33,884 nt of DNA. Source: Acidimicrobiia bacterium. GTDB lineage: Bacteria; Actinomycetota; Acidimicrobiia; Spongiisociales; JAHEDJ01. The notes beneath the pieces were generated by a model. That model did no database searches. It was not told where the DNA came from and was given only the letters and a program-made list of their open reading frames with translations. The position numbers and the translations under genes were made by a program. The stretch is taken from NCBI GenBank assembly GCA_029210695.1, contig JARGFH010000040.1:1-33884 (forward strand), in the 5' to 3' direction. How positions within the stretch are numbered: the first letter of the stretch is position 1; the number at the start of each line of letters is the position of its first letter. Positions 26,777 through 33,110 of the stretch are shown in pieces.

Positions 26777-26971
26777 TCAGTTCGCCTTCCATCGGCGGCG
26801 ACACCAACCACAAATATCAGACCCAACCGGATCCACAGTGCCGATCAGAAGCGAGCCGATAGCCGGTTTGGTGAAGGCGGGACCGAGTTCGACGGCTCGG
26901 GTAAGGGCCGGGCAAGTCTCAAACAGGTGATCGACTGTGACGCCGGCATCACCCTCGTGGTGGCATGTCAC
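26777..26971 (-). CDS. Small Cys/His hypothetical protein
   Basis: HLFETC...ICGWC metal-binding pattern; start uncertain. Confidence 0.45.
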   Translation of the reverse strand: MTCHHEGDAGVTVDHLFETCPALTRAVELGPAFTKPAIGSLLIGTVDPVGSDICGWCRRRWKAN

Positions 26972-27245
26972 GGATCGATTCCACAGTCAACACGACAATC
27001 TGAAGTCGCTGGATCTCATCTTCCCATTCGTAGTCACCACCAACCGTTGCCAGCTCATCGGCATAGAACGACTCGACCCAATCGACAGCCTCATACCAAG
27101 AATGAAATTGGAACCCGCCGTAGTCACCGATGTCATCGCCGTCCACGGCCTCGACCCAATACCGTTTGCTCTTGGCTGTCGGTGCAGCAACCACGTTCAA
27201 AGAGACGGTTCCCGTCGCCTGAGTTCCTGGGGTGTTGTCATTCAT
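26949..27245 (-). CDS. Acidic hypothetical protein (cassette starting MNDNT)
   Basis: TGATG overlap, GGAG SD, junction motif GTCTGATGAATGACAACACC. Confidence 0.65.
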   Translation of the reverse strand: MNDNTPGTQATGTVSLNVVAAPTAKSKRYWVEAVDGDDIGDYGGFQFHSWYEAVDWVESFYADELATVGGDYEWEDEIQRLQIVVLTVESIRDMPPRG

Positions 27246-27544
27246 CAGACCCTCTCCTTCTCCTTTTGGTACGCCGCCCACGTTTCGTTCCATTCCCAGG
27301 GACGCTCAAACATGTCGCAAACCTCGGTAACGAGAGCCTTAGGCCAGCCGGCGTAATACCAGCGAACCAAGGCAACCACCTCGTCAGGGTCGTCATACCA
27401 GAAGCTTTCTAACGTTTCGATTCGGTGGTCGTTCATTTTGCCCATTTTTGGTTCCTTGTTTGGTGGGTAGATGTCGTGAGGGTCCCAGAGTTGGCATCGG
27501 TTCCCGTGTTCGCAACGAGCATTGCACAGGGTGTTGTCACTCAT
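27245..27544 (-). CDS. Hypothetical protein (cassette starting MSDNT), possibly two fused modules
   Basis: ATGAGTGA overlap; internal copy of the 31-bp boundary repeat with its own SD and ATG at 27445. Confidence 0.6.
   Translation of the reverse strand: MSDNTLCNARCEHGNRCQLWDPHDIYPPNKEPKMGKMNDHRIETLESFWYDDPDEVVALVRWYYAGWPKALVTEVCDMFERPWEWNETWAAYQKEKERV
27442..27472. repeat. Boundary repeat copy 1 (ATCTACCCRCCAAACAAGGARCCAAAA(A)TGG on the minus strand)
   Basis: Matches 27794-27823 except for 2 substitutions and a 1-nt indel. Confidence 0.9.
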
Positions 27545-27797
27545 CGGACACGCTCGCATCGGACACGCTCGCATCCAGAGCAGCATGCCCCGCTGCCGTG
27601 AGCAGCAGACGCTCCTTCCCAGAATAGGTGAACTCAAACCGGGCCAACCCAAGTCGCACCAAACGGCGGGAATGCGGAGAAGACACATGAGAAGGACCCG
27701 ACGAGCTTGAAATCCACATGGACCGACCTGCCGCTTGCATCTCTCGCATTCGGGCAAGGACAGTTAAATCCTTCTCGGTAATTACAGTGTTGTCCAT
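27537..27797 (-). CDS. Winged-helix-like hypothetical protein (starts MDNT, ends VSDE)
   Basis: AAGGAG SD; RRLVRLGLA...LLLTAAGHAAL resembles a winged-helix C-terminus. Confidence 0.65.
   Translation of the reverse strand: MDNTVITEKDLTVLARMREMQAAGRSMWISSSSGPSHVSSPHSRRLVRLGLARFEFTYSGKERLLLTAAGHAALDASVSDASVSDE
27542..27575. repeat. 15-bp tandem duplication at a cassette junction
   Basis: CATCGGACACGCTCG x2 plus CATC (ASVSD-ASVSD). Confidence 0.9.
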
Positions 27798-28090
27798 TTT
27801 GGCTCCTTGTTTGGCGGGTAGATAATGTGCGTTATGTTCGCTGCCCAGCAGGCGAGTGTGGCGAACACATGCCAATTGCACGTCGACCCATCAGGCATCG
27901 GAGCGACACACAGAATCGACGGACTGACATGCCCCTCACTATCAATCTCATGGTCAAGAAGTCCGGCATGACCGTTAGCACACACCACCCAAACCCCAGA
28001 CCGCCGATTCAACTCATCAGACGCCCAGGTGAGCAGCTGAGTCGGAATGCCGCGTTCGAGGGAGTGGCCGATCACAACTCGATCAGTCAT
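27782..28090 (-). CDS. Cys/His hypothetical protein (DUF6527-like pattern)
   Basis: CANGH...HEIDSEGHVSPSILC...CNWH; ATGA overlap, starts MTD. Confidence 0.65.
   Translation of the reverse strand: MTDRVVIGHSLERGIPTQLLTWASDELNRRSGVWVVCANGHAGLLDHEIDSEGHVSPSILCVAPMPDGSTCNWHVFATLACWAANITHIIYPPNKEPKWTTL
27794..27823. repeat. Boundary repeat copy 2
   Basis: See copy 1; contains the SD and start codon of the 27797 gene. Confidence 0.9.
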
Positions 28091-28374
28091 CGTGAGGTCC
28101 TTCCAGTTTTCATGCGTACGTTGAACCCCGCCGACTGAACCGCGTCGAGCGCCCGCACCAACCACATGATGTGAGTGTGGCGGTGATCGTCTGATACGCT
28201 CGACCACTTCTCCGCGTGGATCATCCGATTAGCTTGCCCGCCGTCGAACGTGCTGCATTCACATCGGTGCGCAACCTTCGCCACGTCAACAAGCTGCTCG
28301 GCGGTGTAGACGCCTTTCGTGACCGGCCAGAGAGACGCCGCCCATTCTTCATCGGTGGGGATGTTGTCACCCAA
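28087..28374 (-). CDS. Hypothetical protein (cassette starting MGDN)
   Basis: TTGGGTGACAAC junction with 8-bp overlap; GGGAG SD. Confidence 0.6.
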   Translation of the reverse strand: MGDNIPTDEEWAASLWPVTKGVYTAEQLVDVAKVAHRCECSTFDGGQANRMIHAEKWSSVSDDHRHTHIMWLVRALDAVQSAGFNVRMKTGRTSR

Positions 28375-28609
28375 CTAGATCACTCCCTCGCCTGGTCCGC
28401 CACCGGTGATCACATTCGGGGCAAACCAGAAACATGCCACCCCGACCACCGTCTCGGTCGACGTATGAATCGACTACCACAACTTGTAACCGGCCCTTCT
28501 CGATCCCCACGACCTCTTCAACTGTGACACCTCTGTACGTATGTTCCAGGTTCCAGCCAGCATCGGCCCGATGATGACAGTTTGAGCACATGATGGTGTT
28601 GTCACTCAT
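28367..28609 (-). CDS. Zn-ribbon hypothetical protein (cassette starting MSDNT)
   Basis: CSNC...CPEC; ATGAGTGA overlap; GGGAGG SD. Confidence 0.7.
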   Translation of the reverse strand: MSDNTIMCSNCHHRADAGWNLEHTYRGVTVEEVVGIEKGRLQVVVVDSYVDRDGGRGGMFLVCPECDHRWRTRRGSDLVG

Positions 28610-29483
28610 CTCGATCAGCCTCCCTGCTTCCACTGTGTACGCGGGGCATTTCGTCCCAGGTACACCCATCCAAGATGCGGCCCGCGGCCCGTTTGCCTAC
28701 ACGCCACATCTTCTGAAAGGCGCCGGCGCCGTTATCAAGAACGACCGACTCGGCAGAGGCTGGGATTCCCCCATAGGTCCACGACCACTCGCCCCATTGT
28801 TTGAAGAAGAACGGCACACCGGCTGTCTGACAACGACTACGAATATCCCGCACCCAGTCGGGGTGCATCGGGCGGGCCCCGGGTCCGGACTCACCACCAA
28901 CAATCACCCAATCGATAGCGGATAAGTTGAGGGCAGGGAGCGGCCCCAACAGCGGTTCGAGCGACAGGAACCGCACCGCCGCCGATGTGGAGCGCAGATG
29001 GTTCGCCCGGAACGCATACCGGTTCTCTTCGATCGAGGTCCCCAGCCACACGTTCGGCAGCGGACCGAAGTCCTCACCAAACTCGTCATCTGTCTCATAC
29101 CACTGAACCCACCGGGCCATCCGCTGTGGTCGTTTCGTCAGAATCTGAAAGACGTGAGCCTCCGCCCGCTCCATCACATGCCACACGCGGGCGATGAACT
29201 CCGGTGGCACATCGGGGTGGAACAGATCGGACATCGAGTTCACGAACACACGGCGAGGGCGCTTCCATCGCAACGGCTGATCCAACCGCTCCGGCAAACA
29301 GCGCACCAAACCAGTCCAATCATCCCTAATCGTGATGCCCCGATATGCCTCATTACCAGTCGTCTCGATACGGCGACTCATCGTGATCGCATAGCAGTTG
29401 TCACATCCCGGCGATACCTTTGAACACCCCAAAACCGGATTCCAAGTGGCATCGGTCCACTCGATCTTCGATCGATCACCCAT
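28602..29483 (-). CDS. Phage Gp37/Gp68 family (DUF5131) radical-SAM-like protein
   Basis: SKIEWTDATWNP..GC.KVSPGCDNCYA, FVNSMSDLFH, FQILTKRP, FLSLEPLLG, WVIVGGESG, PFFFKQWG. Confidence 0.95.
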   Translation of the reverse strand: MGDRSKIEWTDATWNPVLGCSKVSPGCDNCYAITMSRRIETTGNEAYRGITIRDDWTGLVRCLPERLDQPLRWKRPRRVFVNSMSDLFHPDVPPEFIARVWHVMERAEAHVFQILTKRPQRMARWVQWYETDDEFGEDFGPLPNVWLGTSIEENRYAFRANHLRSTSAAVRFLSLEPLLGPLPALNLSAIDWVIVGGESGPGARPMHPDWVRDIRSRCQTAGVPFFFKQWGEWSWTYGGIPASAESVVLDNGAGAFQKMWRVGKRAAGRILDGCTWDEMPRVHSGSREADRDE

Positions 29484-29489
29484 CGGTTA

Positions 29490-29555
29490 TCACCTTGCGT
29501 CTCCCTGTTTCCAGTCGTGTTTCTCACACCACATACGCCGGATCGTCTCACTCAT
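29490..29555 (-). CDS. 21-aa mini-ORF / cassette remnant MSETIRRMWCEKHDWKQGDAR
   Basis: Starts at a CCGATGAGTGA junction and ends 6 nt before the DUF5131 start. Confidence 0.4.
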   Translation of the reverse strand: MSETIRRMWCEKHDWKQGDAR

Positions 29556-29877
29556 CGGTTTCCACCCGCAGCAAAAAGTACGTCCCCACAGGTATGTCCC
29601 TCTCATCGGTTGGACCAAGATACAAGGACCGGGTCAACACCTCACCAGAGGTCTCAACGTAGATCTTCGTGACCTCAATCAGCGAGTCAAGCCGTTTGAG
29701 CATTCTGTCAACATGCCCATTGACCAAAGACGTTATCGCTCCGAACGGTTCGTTCATCAAACGGCGAGCGTCGTCGATCCATTGTTGATCTGTTCACCCT
29801 TTCCTGTTGACGAGCATTGATTCGTGTGCTCGTTGTGCCTGCTCTTTCATTACTTCTGCCATTTGGTTGTCACTCAT
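29548..29877 (-). pseudogene. Cassette gene (MSDNQ...VETDE) interrupted by an in-frame TGA at 29794-29796
   Basis: 110 codons in one frame between two junction motifs; reads ...VNRKG*TDQQWIDDARRLMNEPF... Confidence 0.65.
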
Positions 29878-30088
29878 CGGACACTTCTCCTGCTTGAAGT
29901 TTGAACTGTTCCCACTCCTTGATCGTCTCAAACGCTTCCATCCGACGTGCCACCGCACACCCCTCCAAAAATGCCGTCAACTTGAACAACCAGTCGGGCA
30001 GACTGTCAGCCACCGCCAATTGCAGAGAAGCGACCGCCAAACTGAACTCGGCCCGTTGCACCACCCACGGATCATGTAGCTTCTTCAT
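29870..30088 (-). CDS. Hypothetical protein ending VSDE
   Basis: ATGA overlap at the start; ends at the GTGTCCGATGAGTGA junction. Confidence 0.6.
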   Translation of the reverse strand: MKKLHDPWVVQRAEFSLAVASLQLAVADSLPDWLFKLTAFLEGCAVARRMEAFETIKEWEQFKLQAGEVSDE

Positions 30089-30387
30089 CCCCATATCAGC
30101 CATCCCAACACCACACCAACACCTGTCCCATACAGGGCAAACATGACCATCACTATCAGCACCGGAGTAGCCCGGTCGATCGTTGCCTCGTCGTCCGCAC
30201 CGACCCATACCTTCCGATACCCAAGCGTCTCACGGCAGCAATCACACAGATCATCGGGATAACACCATTCGGAGTCGGTGAGGCACCGTGCCCGATGTGG
30301 TCCCACTGTCCGATGCTCGAACGAGCCCTCCACTCCCTCAAAGTTGAGGATGTCGTCACTCACCGGACCGCGTGTTTCATCGTCCAT
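30085..30387 (-). CDS. Cys-rich protein with C-terminal TM helix
   Basis: HRARC...WCYPDDLCDCC plus a hydrophobic tail; alternative start GTG 30363 (VSDDI) at a junction-like motif. Confidence 0.65.
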   Translation of the reverse strand: MDDETRGPVSDDILNFEGVEGSFEHRTVGPHRARCLTDSEWCYPDDLCDCCRETLGYRKVWVGADDEATIDRATPVLIVMVMFALYGTGVGVVLGWLIWG

Positions 30388-30868
30388 TAGGGGGGTTCCT
30401 TTCGGGGAGTGGGTGGCCGCACCAGGCGCAAAACCGGGGCCACGTGATGTCGATTGGGTGGTGGCAGTGTCGACACAAAGAGCGTGCTTCGACCGTCCAA
30501 CCGGTGTGAATGAACCCGGCCAAAGCATCAGCCCGACGGGTGATGTGGTCAAGTTCACGAGTGAGGAGGTTGTGCGCGTAAACAGGGGTGGGGTCAAAGC
30601 TTTGACCGGCGGTCGAACCTGACACCCTTTCACGGTCGGGGCGGATGGCCTGATTCGCCGACGACAACAAAGCCAGAGTATCGACCCGGTTCAGGTAGGC
30701 GCGCACTGTGGTAGCTGCTGCTGTGTCCAGGTTGGCGACAAAGCCCAACTGGTCGCGCAGGCCGGCAATGGTCCGATCTCGAGCTTGTACGGTGTCGACC
30801 AGATCGGACCGTTGCCGTTGACAGGTCTCCAAACGGTCATGCAGTGACGGCTGCCGGGATTTCGTCAT
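30377..30868 (-). CDS. Coiled-coil protein with C-terminal double Zn-ribbon
   Basis: CRHC...FCAWCG; ATGA overlap. Confidence 0.7.
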   Translation of the reverse strand: MTKSRQPSLHDRLETCQRQRSDLVDTVQARDRTIAGLRDQLGFVANLDTAAATTVRAYLNRVDTLALLSSANQAIRPDRERVSGSTAGQSFDPTPVYAHNLLTRELDHITRRADALAGFIHTGWTVEARSLCRHCHHPIDITWPRFCAWCGHPLPERNPPNGR

Positions 30869-31488
30869 CGGGCAGCCGTTCCGAGGACCCCGGTTTCTGT
30901 CAGAAACTCTCGAAGCAGGACTGCTACTTCGTGTCTACGCCCGTAGACGGTGCGTCCGTCGAGGATGTCATGATGGGTTTTGCACAGCAGAACCGCATTG
31001 TCAGGGTGGTTGACGGTTTTGGAGCCGCCCATACCCCGATGGTTTAGGTGGGCGCACTCGAGCGGGTTGCCTCTACCGGTCGGGAAGGTGCAGCCGGGCC
31101 AACGACAGGACACGTCCCGGACGCGCACATGCTTCGACAGGGCTGCCATGGACATCATGAGCTTCCCGCGCGGGATCCCGCGCGGCCTCGTATAGTCATC
31201 CAGACCTGGATAGTTGACAGCAGCAGGGCGGCTCGGTGAGGATCCCGCACCGCCATCATCAACAGCAGTGGGTGAGCTGTGTTCACAGAAGTGGGTGAGG
31301 TGAATCCACACACCCTCAAACAGGCCCAACGCCTGACCGGACACGATGCGACGGTCACACCGCAAACAGCGGCCACCATGTTTGGCCCGAAATGTTGCTT
31401 CTGGGACTGCTTCGATCAAAGGTGGTATTGGGGTGTGTCCGTCGCATAGGACGCAGGTGCCCGGGTCCATCAAATGCAAATCACACAT
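30865..31488 (-). CDS. HNH endonuclease with N-terminal Zn-binding domain
   Basis: RDVSCRWPGC...ECAHL.HRGMGG...DNAVLLCKTHHD; start ATG 31488 (ATGTGTGA overlap). Confidence 0.8.
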   Translation of the reverse strand: MCDLHLMDPGTCVLCDGHTPIPPLIEAVPEATFRAKHGGRCLRCDRRIVSGQALGLFEGVWIHLTHFCEHSSPTAVDDGGAGSSPSRPAAVNYPGLDDYTRPRGIPRGKLMMSMAALSKHVRVRDVSCRWPGCTFPTGRGNPLECAHLNHRGMGGSKTVNHPDNAVLLCKTHHDILDGRTVYGRRHEVAVLLREFLTETGVLGTAAR

Positions 31489-31912
31489 GAGGGGTCGAAG
31501 CTTTTTGGGAGGTTTCACCGGCGGTGGGAAGGGCAGAGGCCATACCGGTGCGGGTGGCGTCACAAGCAACACAGATTGCTTCGCGCATGCCACCAGCAAG
31601 GTGGAAGATGGCCCAGCGGGGATGCCGGCAAAAGTCGGGGTCGGTTGGATCCACCCCCTCAGGGACGTCTGTTCTCGAGTGTGCTTTCGCAGCGGCCAAC
31701 AGTTCAGACGGAGAGGGTGCCGATTTGCGGCCCTGCTCATACAGTTCGTGGACGGCCTTCCACAACGCCCGTTCCGGTACCCTCGAGAAGTCGGGGAACA
31801 GGGAGGCCACCCGTTCGGCTGATGCCAGCCAGCGGGTACCCGGCCAACGGGTTTCAATCCATTCCAACACGTCAGCGAACGTGTCCTCAGACAGGCGGTG
31901 CATCAGGCTCAT
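31481..31912 (-). CDS. Replicative helicase loader/inhibitor-like protein (SPP1 G39P-like)
   Basis: Follows the initiator; W.AV......SAPSPSEL pattern. Confidence 0.55.
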   Translation of the reverse strand: MSLMHRLSEDTFADVLEWIETRWPGTRWLASAERVASLFPDFSRVPERALWKAVHELYEQGRKSAPSPSELLAAAKAHSRTDVPEGVDPTDPDFCRHPRWAIFHLAGGMREAICVACDATRTGMASALPTAGETSQKASTPHV

Positions 31913-32178
31913 GGTCGGCCACCCATCAACGTTTCCAACCTGCCGGCCACTTCCGGGCCGAGGAACGTGGCTGCCACACCACGCAGCACAGCCATGGCAG
32001 TGTTGGCACCCGTCATCCCATACTGGTCTTTGGAAAACAAAGCTTGGGCGCGGACGTCCAACCAGCCGGCTGTCCGATCAAACAGATACGCTTCCAACAG
32101 GCTGTCGGTCAGTTCAACCGACGGTTCCCCTGCTTCGATCCGTCGGCGGGTTTCAGCCAGATCGGTAGCCGGATGCAT
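31909..32178 (-). CDS. Hypothetical protein (89 aa)
   Basis: TGATG and ATGA overlaps with both neighbours. Confidence 0.65.
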   Translation of the reverse strand: MHPATDLAETRRRIEAGEPSVELTDSLLEAYLFDRTAGWLDVRAQALFSKDQYGMTGANTAMAVLRGVAATFLGPEVAGRLETLMGGRP

Positions 32179-33110
32179 CAGCCTGACCCCCTGGCAACCT
32201 GACGGATCGCATCCCGACGTCGTTGACGGGCTGTGGCCGCCTGATATTCGTCACGGTCTACGTCTGATACGGCTGTCAACGGGTTCGACGAATGGAAGCG
32301 GCGCCAATGGGTCGCCAACGAACTCAACGTCAGTTTGCCTAACCCCCACTCGAGAACCAGCCGTTGTGCGATCGGTTGTAGTTCATCCGGATCCACGCCG
32401 GCCCGTAGCAGTTCGGTTTGGAAACGGCCTTGGAGTTTGCGTTGGGCTTCGGAGGGTTCCGAACCGACTGCTTGAGAGATTGCCTCCCACATTTGGTCTC
32501 GGACCGGCTTCGAAATGGGTGGCGGTCGAGATAGATCGACCGTAGGGAGATCTATCTCTCTGGTGGGAGCGGGAGCGGTCTCTTTAGAAACCGGCCCTGT
32601 GGCGCGCGCTGAGGACGTCCCACAGGGCCGGTCTTGACCTGAGGTTGAGACCGGCCCTGTGGTTCCGGTCGAGACGTCGGAGGAAACCCCAGGTGGAGGG
32701 GGTGTGGCGTCGTCGTTCACGTCGAAAACAGGCGGTTTTGAGGGTTCAGTTTCTAACCCGGCCCCCTGGGGCCGGGTAAGGATTGGGAGGCTGTTTTCAG
32801 TGTGGTCTTGACCGCATATACACTCACCGGTGTACCGGTTGGGAACGTGCAGCTGATATTCCTGAGCTTCACGCCGGCGCCGGCCCAACACTTCGACAAA
32901 CCCCAGTTCGATGAGCCGGTCCAAGTTTTTGCGAACGGCCCGATCTGAGCTCACCGACGTGTACTCGGCCAACATGAGCTCTGGCACTTTGGCGTAGCCG
33001 ACGTCGTTGGCCTGATCAGCGAACGCCACCAGCAGCAGTTTGAGATGGCCGGGTAGTTGGCGGCCTTCATGGCGGGCCACCCAGGCGTGTGGTGTGACAT
33101 GATGACTCAC
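32178..33110 (-). CDS. Replication initiator (N-terminal winged HTH, lambda O-like layout)
   Basis: KLLLVAFADQAN..G...LAEYTSVS.DRAVRKNLDRLIELGFVE; low-complexity linker containing iterons; GTG 33110 overlaps the upstream TGA. Confidence 0.8.
   Translation of the reverse strand: MSHHVTPHAWVARHEGRQLPGHLKLLLVAFADQANDVGYAKVPELMLAEYTSVSSDRAVRKNLDRLIELGFVEVLGRRRREAQEYQLHVPNRYTGECICGQDHTENSLPILTRPQGAGLETEPSKPPVFDVNDDATPPPPGVSSDVSTGTTGPVSTSGQDRPCGTSSARATGPVSKETAPAPTREIDLPTVDLSRPPPISKPVRDQMWEAISQAVGSEPSEAQRKLQGRFQTELLRAGVDPDELQPIAQRLVLEWGLGKLTLSSLATHWRRFHSSNPLTAVSDVDRDEYQAATARQRRRDAIRQVARGSG
32528..32777. promoter_or_regulatory. Putative replication origin (iterons) inside the initiator gene
   Basis: ACCGGCCCTGTGG at 32590, 32620 (inverted) and 32650; palindrome at 32756-32777; 10-bp inverted repeat at 32528-32558. 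Confidence 0.6.

Noticed and set aside
29794..29796. Genome-wide TGA recoding
   Set aside because: TGA is the normal stop of many genes here (terL, portal, MCP, integrases), and Trp is encoded by TGG.
26700..30400. Classical integron with attC sites
   Set aside because: No GTTRRRY/RYYYAAC-bounded hairpins between genes (genes overlap), and I saw no IntI-specific insertion in the recombinase.
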